Below, piece by piece: positions 1-9,974 of a stretch of 64,000 nucleotides of DNA (position 1 is the stretch's first letter; the number at the start of each line of letters is the position of its first letter). Source of the DNA: Bacteroidales bacterium. GTDB taxonomy: Bacteria; Bacteroidota; Bacteroidia; Bacteroidales; WCHB1-69. The position numbers and the translations under genes are program-made. The notes under the pieces were generated by a model. The model was not told the DNA's origin and did no database searches. It saw only the letters and a list, made by a program, of their open reading frames with translations. The stretch covers positions 6,476 to 70,475 of the forward strand of contig JAFYAW010000017.1 in the NCBI GenBank assembly GCA_017540505.1, read 5' to 3'.

Positions 1-1414
1 CCAGACTAACCAACGGACGCACATTCTCTCCGTCTGCATTTTGGTACTGTTCGCGGAAGTTGGTCATCCAGGCCCCGCTCCGCTTGGTGGCTCTCGGATG
101 GAAGTCCAGATAGAGCACTGCCATGAACTGGTCGCTCCGATACACGTAGTAGGCGGTCACATCCGGATGATACACATCCACATCCAGAGCAGGTTCAAAG
201 CGCAGGTCATATAAGGTGCTCGCCAGCTCGAAGACTCCTTTGATGACACTCTCCAACGGGAAATAGGGCTTCAGTGTCTCCGTGTTCAGGTCGTAGAGCT
301 CGTTTTTCTGTTTTTCGGAATAATAGGCGAAATCCCATCGTTGCAGGTCGCCCTTCAGTCCGTTGCCGTGGGCGAAATTGGAGAGGGATTCCATCTCCCG
401 GTTGGCGACAGGCAGGGCGGCATCCCGCAGCTGGTCAAGCAGGTTATAGACCTGTTTGCTGTCTTTCGCCATCCGGTTATGGAGGGCGTATTCGGCATAG
501 TTCGGATACCCTAATAGCAAAGCTAATTTCTCCCGGCACGTCAGGATCTTCCGGATGACGGAACAGTTGTCGTAGTCGCCGCCGAAAGCCTTGTTGCAGG
601 AGTGCATGTACATCTCCTTGCGGAGCTCACGGTTGTCGGCATACGTCAGGATGGCGTTCACGCTGGGGTGCGACAGATCGAAGAGGTAGCCTGCAACTCC
701 CTTGTCCTTGGCGCGTTGCGCCGCGATGGCTAACTCGTTGTCCGGCAGCCCGGCCAATTCTTTCTTGTCCTTGATGTGCATCTGATAGCTGTTGGTGGCT
801 GCCAAGGCATTTTGTCCGAACAGCAGCGTGAGATTGCTCAAATCCATGGAAAAGTCGTTGAACAGTTTTTTTTCTTTATCATTGAGATTGGCCCCGTTGT
901 CGAGGAAGGCCTCGTATGTTTTTTTCAACAACATCTGGTCCGCGCCCTCTAATTTTTTGTATTCGTGCTCATAAACATATTTCACACGTTGAAACAGGGC
1001 GGTGTCTAAATAGATGTTGTTCGAGTACTCGGTGAGCATGGGTTGCACCTTGGTGGCGATGTCCTGCATCTCCGGCGTGGCATCACATTCCAGCAGATTG
1101 AAGAAGATACCCGAGGCGCGGGTGACCAGCTCGCCGGCACGGTCCAACGCCACAATGGTGTTCTGGAACGTCGCCACCTTGTTCTGTTTGATGGAGTTGA
1201 TATCCTCTTTGCCCTTTTGGATGGCCTCCTTGAAGGCTGGCAGATAATGCTCCGGCTTGATGCTCTTGAAGGGCGGCGTCTGGTAGGGCGTGTCCCATTT
1301 CTCCAATAACGGATTCTTGGCAACGCCGTATGGCGGCGCGGTCTGCAACTTGATCTGGGCTTGGGTCGTCATAATGGTGAGAATAAGAAAAAGGGTTGGG
1401 ATGATTTTTTTCAT
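1..1414 (-). CDS. dcp: M3-family peptidyl-dipeptidase (Dcp/oligopeptidase A-like); C-terminal part lies beyond the window edge
   Basis: Open at the window edge, so absent from the ORF track. My minus-strand translation from ATG 1414-1412 reads MKKIIPTLFLILTIMTTQAQ (signal peptide) ...LLEKWDTPYQTPPFKSIKPEHYLPAFKEAIQKG...LLGYPNYAEYALHNRMAK...RWDFAYYSEK, with no stop down to position 1. This is the N-terminal pattern of Dcp-type M3 peptidases; the HEXXH site would be off-window. The ATG overlaps the ispF stop (ATGA). Confidence 0.8.
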   Translation of the reverse strand, partial: MKKIIPTLFLILTIMTTQAQIKLQTAPPYGVAKNPLLEKWDTPYQTPPFKSIKPEHYLPAFKEAIQKGKEDINSIKQNKVATFQNTIVALDRAGELVTRASGIFFNLLECDATPEMQDIATKVQPMLTEYSNNIYLDTALFQRVKYVYEHEYKKLEGADQMLLKKTYEAFLDNGANLNDKEKKLFNDFSMDLSNLTLLFGQNALAATNSYQMHIKDKKELAGLPDNELAIAAQRAKDKGVAGYLFDLSHPSVNAILTYADNRELRKEMYMHSCNKAFGGDYDNCSVIRKILTCREKLALLLGYPNYAEYALHNRMAKDSKQVYNLLDQLRDAALPVANREMESLSNFAHGNGLKGDLQRWDFAYYSEKQKNELYDLNTETLKPYFPLESVIKGVFELASTLYDLRFEPALDVDVYHPDVTAYYVYRSDQFMAVLYLDFHPRATKRSGAWMTNFREQYQNADGENVRPLVSL

Positions 1415-1893
1415 ACGGATTGGATTATGGTGACAACGGCGGTGGCGGCAATGCCTTCCCCTCTTCCGATAAAGCCCATCTTCTCGTTGGTCTTGGCTTT
1501 GATGGACAAACGTGACGGGTCGAGGTGCAGAAGTTGGGCCAAGGTCTGCGTCATGGCGTCGATGTGGGGTTTCATTTTCGGCTGTTCCAAGATTAGCGTG
1601 CAGTCCGCGTTATTAACTCTCCAATGGTCTTGGTGTAATAGTTCTATAACCTTGGATAACAATATCTTGCTGTCAATGTTTTCGTAGTTTGGGTCGTGAT
1701 CGGGGAAATGCGTGCCAATGTCTTTCAGGGCGGCGGCCCCGAGCAGTGCGTCGCAGAGGGCGTGAATCAGCACGTCACCGTCCGAGTGGGCGGCAAGTCC
1801 TTGCTCAAAAGGAACGCGAATGCCCCCGAGGACAAGCGGCCTGTCGGGGGCAAAGCGATGGGAATCATATCCGAAACCGATGCGGAAATCCAT
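1411..1893 (-). CDS. ispF: 2-C-methyl-D-erythritol 2,4-cyclodiphosphate synthase
   Basis: 160 aa. MDFRIGFGYDSHRF...AHSDGDVLIHALCDALLGA...FIGRGEGIA is the canonical IspF motif set. It starts 4 nt after the porV stop. Confidence 0.95.
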   Translation of the reverse strand: MDFRIGFGYDSHRFAPDRPLVLGGIRVPFEQGLAAHSDGDVLIHALCDALLGAAALKDIGTHFPDHDPNYENIDSKILLSKVIELLHQDHWRVNNADCTLILEQPKMKPHIDAMTQTLAQLLHLDPSRLSIKAKTNEKMGFIGRGEGIAATAVVTIIQSV

Positions 1894-1897
1894 AGCG

Positions 1898-3175
1898 CTA
1901 TTTTAGTTTCCCTTGCGTTTTGATGGCCTCCCGGTTGAAGGAGACGAAGTCGAATGACAGGGTGAAACGCAAGGTGTTGGCCAACGGATGGTTCTGTCCG
2001 TTGGTGGTGAACAGGTAGGCCACATCGATGTTGAAGATGTTGTATTTGATGCCGGCACCCACCGTCATGAACTGGCGCGCGCCCTTGTAGCCGTTTTCGT
2101 GGAAGTAACCGAGCCGTACAAAGAAAAGGTTACGGTAGCTGTATTCCAACCCCAACGCCCAGTTGATCTCAGCCATCTCCTCGCCGAAGACGCTGTTGCG
2201 GCCTTTGGGACCGTATCCGATACCGGGCGCATCGTAGAAGGATTGGATGATGCCCTGCGGTACGGAAACGTCAGGATCCTTACCGTAGGCTATAATCGGC
2301 TTGTTGGTTTCTTGATTGTACAGGATGCGTCCGTTGGAGTCCCGGGCATACACCGGGTTGGTCGGGACCAGCAGCTTGTTGATTTCGCCGTTGATGGCAA
2401 GCTTGTTGTATTCGTCGAAGCCAAGTTCATAGCCGATACCGATTTTGAGGTTCGTTGGCAGGAAGTCACGGCGCAGGGTTCCGGAAGAGTAGGACATCTT
2501 GTTGCCGATGTTGGAAATGGCCAAGCCGGCACGCAGCGTGCTGCTGTGGAGGCGCTTGGCTTTCAGGCTCTGCTCGTAGAATAAGGCGATGTCGGCGGCA
2601 CCGGCCAAACCGGCCTTGGTCTCCTCACCCGACACAAACTGGTTGGCTGTGAGGTTGGAATATATGAACCGCGGGGTGACGGCAATGGACAACTGGTCAA
2701 TCAGCTTGCGGGAATAGGCAAAATCCAAAGAGAACTCGTTGGGGTTCTGGTCGCTCATCTTGTTACCCTGATCGTCTGTAAACTCAATGTCACCCAAAGA
2801 GAAATAACGGAGTGACATGGAGATGGCGTCCATTTCGGTGATTTTCCAGTAGGCACTCAAATAGGCTAAGTTGATGTCGTTTACCAGATTGTGGAGCCAG
2901 GGACTGTAGGAGACGCTGATACCGAAGGTGTTCGGACTGAACACGTATTTGGCAGCGTTGTAGGCTTGGGAGTTGACATCCGTGGAGGTGGCGCATCCGA
3001 TGTCGCCCATGGCACCGGCGCGGGAGTCGGGCGCGATGAGCAGGAAGGGCACGGCGGTGGTGATGGTGTTCAACTCTTTGCCACCCAGCTGTCCAGGGTT
3101 AATAGTTTGAGAATAAGCGGTTTGATAACTGAAGAATAACGCTATAAGCGCAAGGATAGTTGTGGTCTTTTTCAT
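1898..3175 (-). CDS. porV: T9SS outer-membrane beta-barrel protein PorV (LptO)
   Basis: 425 aa with a signal peptide and the AVPFLLIAPDSRAGAMGDIG motif typical of PorV. It lies directly downstream of porU, as in Flavobacterium johnsoniae and Porphyromonas. Confidence 0.88.
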   Translation of the reverse strand: MKKTTTILALIALFFSYQTAYSQTINPGQLGGKELNTITTAVPFLLIAPDSRAGAMGDIGCATSTDVNSQAYNAAKYVFSPNTFGISVSYSPWLHNLVNDINLAYLSAYWKITEMDAISMSLRYFSLGDIEFTDDQGNKMSDQNPNEFSLDFAYSRKLIDQLSIAVTPRFIYSNLTANQFVSGEETKAGLAGAADIALFYEQSLKAKRLHSSTLRAGLAISNIGNKMSYSSGTLRRDFLPTNLKIGIGYELGFDEYNKLAINGEINKLLVPTNPVYARDSNGRILYNQETNKPIIAYGKDPDVSVPQGIIQSFYDAPGIGYGPKGRNSVFGEEMAEINWALGLEYSYRNLFFVRLGYFHENGYKGARQFMTVGAGIKYNIFNIDVAYLFTTNGQNHPLANTLRFTLSFDFVSFNREAIKTQGKLK

Positions 3176-3246
3176 ATTGTTATTATGTTGTAACGTTTTA
3201 TTTTGAATAGAACAAAAGGGGATAACGCAGCTATTTCAAATTTATT

Positions 3247-6200
3247 TTACAGGATGACGATTTTTTCTATTTCTTCTGCCGTTTCCTGGTTTTGGTTGCG
3301 GACCCGCAGCCGGTAAAGATACACCCCTTTGCCGATTCTGTCCCCGTAGTCGTCGCGACCGTCCCAGACAATGCCCGCCGACCGGTTGCCTTCGATGAAC
3401 TGTGTTTCCGTGATGGTCTTCAACAACTTGCCGGAGATGGTGTAAATCTGGATTTGGATGTCGAAGGTGCCGCCGCTCTGGTTCTGCTCGAAGAAGAACT
3501 CCGTGTGGGTGGTGAACGGGTTGGGGTAGTTCAGCACGTGATTCAAGGTCAGCTTCTCATTGGAGACCACCTCAAACGTGATCTCGCTTTCCGCATGGTT
3601 GTTGTTGATGTCCCATGCGCGTACCCGCAGCGTGTGCGTGCCTACGGACAAGTCGTCAAGCGGGTAGCGCACCGTGCCGGAATTGAAACTGTCCTTCTCG
3701 GTTTCGTAATAGTCGTTGAGGATGATGGTATTGTCGTTCTGGTTGTCAAGGATAGCGGTGATGTCGTGCCCGATGCCGTTGCCCGTGGTGTTGATGCCGT
3801 AGTCGTCGCGGATCTTGGCGATAAGCATGGGCGACGGGTCCACCATGCCGCCGTTGACGAAGTTCTCATTGTTCAGATACAGGTTGATGGCCGGTCCCTT
3901 GGTGTCGTTGAGGGCGTTGGTGTCATTCCCGCCGATGATGAAGTCGGTGAAGGCTCCCGCTCCATCCAGCAGGTCGCTCTTGGCGTAATAGCTGATCTTG
4001 CCGTTGCCGAAAGTGTAGTCTATATCTTTTGGAATATAGAATGAGAAGGTGAAACGCCCGTTTCGGATAGTGCTGTTGCCCTTGAAAAGGATGTTCTTCT
4101 GCACTTCGAAGTCGAAAGGCATGCTGTTGGGATCGTTGGCCAGCGTGGTGACAATGCTCTTTTTGTCGAAGATGGTGGGGTACAACGTTCCGTTGAAATC
4201 CTGTAGAATCTGATTGTCTGCCCCGGCAACATGCCCGCTCACAGTCACTTTCGACAACGCACGCAGGGTGTCGTTGCTGCTCCCGGGGACATGATGGTTG
4301 ATGGAGTCGGTGACAATCCGGTAGGTGGGGATGGCCAGTGGCATGGAGGGATCACCCAGAAGTACGAACATGGCCAATGCGGTGCCGGCACCGCCGTAGG
4401 CGTTCTTGGCGCGGTATTCGATTTCCCCGATGGTGGGGTATCGCCCTTGCCCCTCTTGGCTGAAGAGAAGGCCCGCAATGTGCCGCCCGAAACTGTTGTT
4501 GGGCGACGACCACGCCTCACGGGTGGCGGCAATGATGGCGGCACCCCCGCCGTTGCTGTTGAACAGGACCATCTCCGCCGGTGAAAGAACCGGACGGTCA
4601 TAGTAGGCGAAGGTGCACGACAGCGAGAGCATCAGCGGCATGTTGAACTTGTTGCTCCACTTGTTGATGTCGGAGGTTTCCAGGATGCGCTCGTGCGACC
4701 AGCCGTCTTTCCCGCTGTGCCCGATGTAGGTGAAGAGTAGCGAACCACGGCTCATACGGTTGTTGATGGCCGTGCTCACCTCCGGATAACGCTGCCCGCC
4801 TGCATTTGAGATCTGCTGGTAGGCATCCAGATATATTTTGTCAAAATTGATGTTCGGATTGGCCGTCTTGAGAATGTTTGACATGTTGTCGGCACTGATG
4901 ATGAAATCGTTGAAATCCTCGTCGTCGGCCACAAAGGCAATGATATTCCGCCAATCGGCCAGGTTGCTGATCTGGTTGGAGGTGCCCGTCGCTAAATCCA
5001 TATTCTCCGTATATCGGATGCTCTTGTCCACAGCGGCGGTGGCCTGCGCCTGCGTGCTGGCCGGAAAACGACCGATGGCTATGTCGAACAGGCCGCTGCC
5101 ACAGCTTTCGTCCTCATCCAACAAACCGAAATTATCATCGTTGGAGTAGAAATCGTATTCGGAGATGTAGTCCGGATTCGCAGCATACTGGTAGTTGGGG
5201 ACGAAAATCTTCGTGTCGTTGGAACGTCCGCGGAAGTCGTAGCTGGGTCGACCGAAGAGTAGCAGGTATTTCGGATACTCTTTGTTGCTGTTGTCGTAGA
5301 TCGTCTTCATGTAGTCGCGGATGGCGATGGGATCCTGTGTGCCGCCGGAGAACTCGTTGTAAACCTGCTGGATAGGGACTACTTTCACCTTCAAGCCCTG
5401 GTTGATGCGCCGGTAGTTGGCCAAACGATGGGCCTGGCTGATGAAGTCGGGATGCGCGATGATGACCATGTCGATGTCGCTGCTGCCATGCAGGTTCTGG
5501 TTTTCCACCCGACCGCCCGGTGTGATGTGCAGGTAGTCCGTACCGCTGAGGGCGAAGAATTTGCGCAACGTCTCCGTCGGGCTGTTGAACGAGGCGGTAC
5601 CCCCGTTGAGGGTAAGCGTGTGCTGGAACGTCTGCCCCGGGTCCGTCACGTCCCATACGCAGGTGCCGGCAGATGCCCCACTGATGACGAACCGCGTGAC
5701 ATTGTCATTGCCGATAGTCGAAGGATTGGTGAAGGGGAACTGTGACGAGTGCATGGTGAGCAGGCAGGATGCCTGTATTTCTATCCAGTCCAAATAAGCG
5801 GAGGATGAAGAGGTTGGCTGGTTGTAGTCCAAGGTGATGGAGAGGTTGCTGCCGCTGGGGATGCAAGAGAAATCCTGCTGCTTGCGGGTGGCAATCCGGT
5901 TGCCGATGGGTCCGAATGACAAGGTGCCGATGCCACTTCCGTGGGTGCTTACCGCAAGTTGGGAATAGGAGACGGAGGAGGCTGCTGCCGCCACGGAAAC
6001 GCGACAGCTGCTGCCCGACTTGTATCCCGGAATGGCAAAGGAATAGGATCGGTTCAGGGTGGCCTCGAAACGGTCGCCAAACCACTCCTTGCCGGATTCC
6101 CATGGATTGAAAAGGTCATCTTCCCGGAAATCGTAATGCGTGTATTCACTGACCGTTGCAGTGGCTGTCAGGTGGCTGTTGTCCACGGTGGCAATCCGTT

Positions 6201-7083
6201 TTTTCTCGCCAACACCTGCCGAATTGGTGATGAAATAGCGCGTGGAGTCGGAGTAGATGTTGAGGGTGTGGCGGAAATAGCCGGTGAGGGTGTCGTAGGT
6301 CCACCCGTGCGGCGATTCCCCGAAAAACAGGAAATAGTCGTTCTTGTCGAAAGAACCGTCCCCGCCGTCGAACACTTGAATGGGAATCTCCCGAAGGTCC
6401 TCAATGCGGGTGGTGGCGTTGGCCTCGGGCAGCATCTTTCCCCCGTTTCCAAATAGGGCGATAGTTGAAGAGGAAACAGGCAGACTCATGCCTAAGGCGT
6501 TGAGGTCCTGCCCCGTCACCTGATAGATGCCTTCCTGTTGGAGGGTGAAGGAGTACCAGCTGCCGGCGGCCAGCACCGACTGGGAGGGATGCGTTTTGGC
6601 CGCTTTGGCCGCGGTCACGCCTGTGCCCTCAATGCGGAGGCTGATGGAGGTGATCCGGCTGTACTGGCCTTGGCCGCTTTGGATGATGGGGATGAACGTC
6701 AGCAGGACGTATGTCTTGTTGCGTTGATGGACGGTCTTCACGTGCACGTCAGGCTGCCGGACGTTGAAAGAGGCGGGTATCAGTGCCCCGTCCTGTGTCC
6801 GCAGGGGCTCGTATTGCACCTGCCCGACGGTCACATTGTAATCACGATAGGTTTGTGTTATTGGAATCAGCTCCTGATAGCAGGGTAGGGAGGCAAAGGG
6901 ATGCAGGTAGGAAGCGTCTTGGAAATGCAGATGCTCTTGCACATTTTCCTCGGAAAAGTGCTGAATCACATTGTCCGTCCACTTGATTTGAATATTTTTT
7001 TCAATTGTTTGTGCTTGAATATAAGGTAGTTGGGATATTATTGCAAAAAAAAGCAACAAGGGTACCCAAGGTTTTCTTTCCAT
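3247..7083 (-). CDS. porU: T9SS C-terminal signal peptidase/sortase PorU (C25 gingipain-like)
   Basis: 1278 aa with a signal peptide and a large gingipain-like core (...FTYIGHSGKDGWSHE...SCTFAYYD...). It has its own CTD-like tail (LNYPNPFTTHTEFFF...GVYLYRLRVRN). The porU-porV order is conserved. Confidence 0.88.
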   Translation of the reverse strand: MERKPWVPLLLFFAIISQLPYIQAQTIEKNIQIKWTDNVIQHFSEENVQEHLHFQDASYLHPFASLPCYQELIPITQTYRDYNVTVGQVQYEPLRTQDGALIPASFNVRQPDVHVKTVHQRNKTYVLLTFIPIIQSGQGQYSRITSISLRIEGTGVTAAKAAKTHPSQSVLAAGSWYSFTLQQEGIYQVTGQDLNALGMSLPVSSSTIALFGNGGKMLPEANATTRIEDLREIPIQVFDGGDGSFDKNDYFLFFGESPHGWTYDTLTGYFRHTLNIYSDSTRYFITNSAGVGEKKRIATVDNSHLTATATVSEYTHYDFREDDLFNPWESGKEWFGDRFEATLNRSYSFAIPGYKSGSSCRVSVAAAASSVSYSQLAVSTHGSGIGTLSFGPIGNRIATRKQQDFSCIPSGSNLSITLDYNQPTSSSSAYLDWIEIQASCLLTMHSSQFPFTNPSTIGNDNVTRFVISGASAGTCVWDVTDPGQTFQHTLTLNGGTASFNSPTETLRKFFALSGTDYLHITPGGRVENQNLHGSSDIDMVIIAHPDFISQAHRLANYRRINQGLKVKVVPIQQVYNEFSGGTQDPIAIRDYMKTIYDNSNKEYPKYLLLFGRPSYDFRGRSNDTKIFVPNYQYAANPDYISEYDFYSNDDNFGLLDEDESCGSGLFDIAIGRFPASTQAQATAAVDKSIRYTENMDLATGTSNQISNLADWRNIIAFVADDEDFNDFIISADNMSNILKTANPNINFDKIYLDAYQQISNAGGQRYPEVSTAINNRMSRGSLLFTYIGHSGKDGWSHERILETSDINKWSNKFNMPLMLSLSCTFAYYDRPVLSPAEMVLFNSNGGGAAIIAATREAWSSPNNSFGRHIAGLLFSQEGQGRYPTIGEIEYRAKNAYGGAGTALAMFVLLGDPSMPLAIPTYRIVTDSINHHVPGSSNDTLRALSKVTVSGHVAGADNQILQDFNGTLYPTIFDKKSIVTTLANDPNSMPFDFEVQKNILFKGNSTIRNGRFTFSFYIPKDIDYTFGNGKISYYAKSDLLDGAGAFTDFIIGGNDTNALNDTKGPAINLYLNNENFVNGGMVDPSPMLIAKIRDDYGINTTGNGIGHDITAILDNQNDNTIILNDYYETEKDSFNSGTVRYPLDDLSVGTHTLRVRAWDINNNHAESEITFEVVSNEKLTLNHVLNYPNPFTTHTEFFFEQNQSGGTFDIQIQIYTISGKLLKTITETQFIEGNRSAGIVWDGRDDYGDRIGKGVYLYRLRVRNQNQETAEEIEKIVIL

Positions 7084-7230
7084 TTGCCGTTTATTTAAAT
7101 AATCAATGACGATGCAATTTTGTTAACGAAAGCACGTTGTGATTATTGCAGATGGAGAGGAAGATGTTGTTATTATTTTAATGTTGATAATATTATAAAA
7201 TTAGGAGCAAGGCTGTGACAAATATTTTTG

Positions 7231-7238
7231 TATTTTTG
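7231..7238 (+). promoter_or_regulatory. Bacteroidota -7 box (TATTTTTG; a second copy at 7223-7230) upstream of the PorP/SprF-like gene
   Basis: Exact match to TAnnTTTG, 24 nt upstream of ATG 7262. The two copies are tandem. Confidence 0.45.
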
Positions 7239-7261
7239 CCCGCTTATAAAAGATAGTGAAT

Positions 7262-8356
7262 ATGCAGAAGAGAATAATCATACTTTTAACAGCAGTGATT
7301 TCCGTGCTCACCATGCGCGTGAATGCGCAGGACGCGATGTTTTCGCAGTTCTATGCCAATCCGCTTTACCTGAATCCGGCCTTTGCAGGCTCAAATGTTT
7401 GTCCTCGTATCTCATTGAATTTCAGGGATCAATGGCCGAGTATGCAGGGAACGTTCATCTCCAGCACCGCCTCTTTTGACGAGCATTTCGACAAGATTTC
7501 CGGCGGTGTGGGCTTGCTCCTGTTTCAGGACCGTGCCGGCGAGAACGGCGGCTCCATCAACACTTATGGCATCAGCCCCATGTATGCCTTCAAGGCGAAA
7601 GTGAGCAAGAAATTCACCCTCCGGTTGGCCGTGCAGGCGGACTTCCAGACCAAGCAGCTGAATTGGGATAACCTCGTCTTCGGCGACATGATCGACCCGC
7701 GCTATGGTGTCGTTTATCAGACCAGCGAGAACCACGGTTCTCTCAGCCGCTGGAATTTCGGCCTTTCTGCAGGCCTCATGGGTTACACACCGCATTTCTA
7801 CTTCGGCTATGCTGCCCATCATATCGTGACTGCCTCTTTGAGCGGAAATGAAGGTTTCAGTTTTCTGAATGACAATGACGGAAACAATATGTATGATATG
7901 AACCCTGTGAAACATACGGTTCACGTGGGTGCCCACTTCGACTTGAAACGCAAAAGTAAAATCGACCATACCTTCGGCGATGTCTCCATCAGTCCGAATT
8001 TCATCTGGCAGCACCAGAGACCGTTCAACTATTTCAATACGGGTCTTTACTTGAATTTCTATCCTTTCACGGTGGGTGCCTGGTACCGTTGCGCTCCGAT
8101 GTACACTTATACCTATACCACGGTGGAAGACGGGCAAGAGAAGACCCATACCGAGAAATATGGCTTGTCTGATGCCGTTATCGTGATGTTCGGTGTGGAG
8201 TACAATTGGCTTAAAGTCGCCTATTCCTACGATTTTACTGTCGGACAGCTTGCCAATGTGGCTACGGGCGGTGCTCACGAGGTCTCCTTGCAGTTCCTCC
8301 TGCCGTGTCCTGAGAAACACAAGGCTATCAAGGATTTGAACTGTCCTTCATTCTAA
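7262..8356 (+). CDS. PorP/SprF-family T9SS membrane protein
   Basis: MQKRIIILLTAVISVLTMRVNAQDAMFSQFYANPLYLNPAFAGS is the family-defining N-terminus (signal peptide followed by FSQ(F/Y)..NP...NPA(F/Y)AG). ATG 7262 is preferred over the track's GTG at 7256. Confidence 0.8.
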   Translation: MQKRIIILLTAVISVLTMRVNAQDAMFSQFYANPLYLNPAFAGSNVCPRISLNFRDQWPSMQGTFISSTASFDEHFDKISGGVGLLLFQDRAGENGGSINTYGISPMYAFKAKVSKKFTLRLAVQADFQTKQLNWDNLVFGDMIDPRYGVVYQTSENHGSLSRWNFGLSAGLMGYTPHFYFGYAAHHIVTASLSGNEGFSFLNDNDGNNMYDMNPVKHTVHVGAHFDLKRKSKIDHTFGDVSISPNFIWQHQRPFNYFNTGLYLNFYPFTVGAWYRCAPMYTYTYTTVEDGQEKTHTEKYGLSDAVIVMFGVEYNWLKVAYSYDFTVGQLANVATGGAHEVSLQFLLPCPEKHKAIKDLNCPSF

Positions 8357-8399
8357 TTTCGCATTTAACATTTTAACAAGATTATAAAACATCAAAACA

Positions 8400-9890
8400 A
8401 TGAATAAGTCAACAAAATTAACAGGTCTGTTTATCCTCTGTGCTCTCCTCGTGACGATGTCTTCCTGCAAGAAGGAGACCTCCCCGACCACAGGATGGAA
8501 TTATAACGATGCCAAAAACGGCGGGTTCGAGGTGGCTGCTTTTGAAGAACAGGCTACAGGTCCCGGCCTTGTGTTCATTGAAGGCGGTTCCTTCGTGATG
8601 GGTGCCATGGAAGAGGATGTGATGAAGGATTGGAACAACAACCCCCGCAGGGTTTCCGTCGCCTCTTTCTATATGGACGAATGCGAAATCTCCAACTTGG
8701 ACTACCGCGAATACCTCTACTGGCTGGAGCGCGTCTTCGTGCCGCAGGATTTGAAAGTGGTTTATGACAACGCTCTTCCCGATGAGAATGTTTGGCGCGA
8801 CCGCCTCGGCTATAATGAGTCGGATGTGGAATACTATTTCCGTCATCCCGCTTACGCCAAATATCCCGTTGTGGGTGTCAACTGGCTTCAGGCCACCAAT
8901 TACGCCGCCTGGCGTACCGACCGTGTGAACGAGCAGATCCTCGTTGACCGCGGCTATGTGGAGTTTGCCGAAACCCCGACGGCGGAAGGTTATTTCAACA
9001 CCGACGCCTATCTGACATACGAAACCTACGAGGCTGAAGGAGAGAAACGTCTCCGCTACATCTCTTCCGGCGAGTATCGCAACGTGAAGATGGAAGACGG
9101 CATCCTGCTGCCCAAGTACCGTCTGCCGACCGAGGCCGAATGGGAGTATGCCGCTCTTGGCTTGGTGGGCAACACCCTCAACGAGCGCGTCCTCGAACGC
9201 AAGGTCTATCCGTGGAACGGCCAACAGCTCCGTACCGAGGATAAGAAATTCTATGGCGATTTCATGGCTAACGGCCGCCGTGGTCGTGGCGACTACATGG
9301 GTGTGGCCAGCTCTCTGAATGACGCAAGCTTCAAAACGGCAGAAGTCAAATCCTTCTGGCCCAACGACTACGGCTTGTACCACATGGCCGGCAACGTCTC
9401 CGAATGGGTGATGGATGTCTATAGACAAAGCTCTCACGATGACGTGACCGAATACAACCCCTTCCGTGGTAACTACTTCGAGACAAAGAAGCTGCTGGAA
9501 GACGGTACTGTGGCCGAACGTGACAGCGTGGGTAAAATCCCGATGGTGCCCGTCTCCGACTTCAAGAACGACAGAAGACGCAACTACCGCGCCGCCGACA
9601 ACAAGAACTACTTGGATGGCGACTGGCAGTCGTTGCAGGACATCGACAGCTGGACGAATGCCACCTCGAACACGGAGGCCACCGACCAGATGTACCGCAA
9701 GCTCAACGACAACTACGCCTACTCGCTCGTCAGCGACCACGCCCGCGTCTATAAGGGCGGTTCCTGGAAGGATATCCCGTATTACTTCGCTCCCGGCTCA
9801 AGACGCTATATGGACGAGGACGAAGCTACGGACTATATCGGCTTCCGCTGCGCCATGGCTCGCGTGGGCTCCCAGGTGAAAGGAAAATAA
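8400..9890 (+). CDS. gldJ: Gliding-motility/T9SS lipoprotein GldJ (FGE-sulfatase/SUMF1 fold)
   Basis: 496 aa with a lipobox (LVTMSSC). TGWNYNDAKNGGFEV...PGLVFIEGGSFVMG...DWNNNPRRVSVASFYMDE...RHPAYAKYPVVGVNWLQA..WRTDRVNE closely follows the GldJ pattern. The porV-porU-gldJ neighbourhood matches F. johnsoniae. No porL/M/N follow, which argues against PorK. Confidence 0.75.
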   Translation: MNKSTKLTGLFILCALLVTMSSCKKETSPTTGWNYNDAKNGGFEVAAFEEQATGPGLVFIEGGSFVMGAMEEDVMKDWNNNPRRVSVASFYMDECEISNLDYREYLYWLERVFVPQDLKVVYDNALPDENVWRDRLGYNESDVEYYFRHPAYAKYPVVGVNWLQATNYAAWRTDRVNEQILVDRGYVEFAETPTAEGYFNTDAYLTYETYEAEGEKRLRYISSGEYRNVKMEDGILLPKYRLPTEAEWEYAALGLVGNTLNERVLERKVYPWNGQQLRTEDKKFYGDFMANGRRGRGDYMGVASSLNDASFKTAEVKSFWPNDYGLYHMAGNVSEWVMDVYRQSSHDDVTEYNPFRGNYFETKKLLEDGTVAERDSVGKIPMVPVSDFKNDRRRNYRAADNKNYLDGDWQSLQDIDSWTNATSNTEATDQMYRKLNDNYAYSLVSDHARVYKGGSWKDIPYYFAPGSRRYMDEDEATDYIGFRCAMARVGSQVKGK

Positions 9891-9920
9891 TCCCCATCTA
9901 TATATTATATATGGTATAAC

Positions 9921-9950
9921 AAAAAGAACCGCCGAAAAGCGGTTCTTTTT
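9921..9950. terminator. Bidirectional hairpin terminator between convergent gldJ and the META gene
   Basis: AAAAAGAACCGC-cgaaaa-GCGGTTCTTTTT: a 12-bp perfect stem whose A and T runs give a U-tail in either direction. Confidence 0.7.
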
Positions 9951-9974
9951 GTTTCAAGGGTGATGCCTGTTGGA

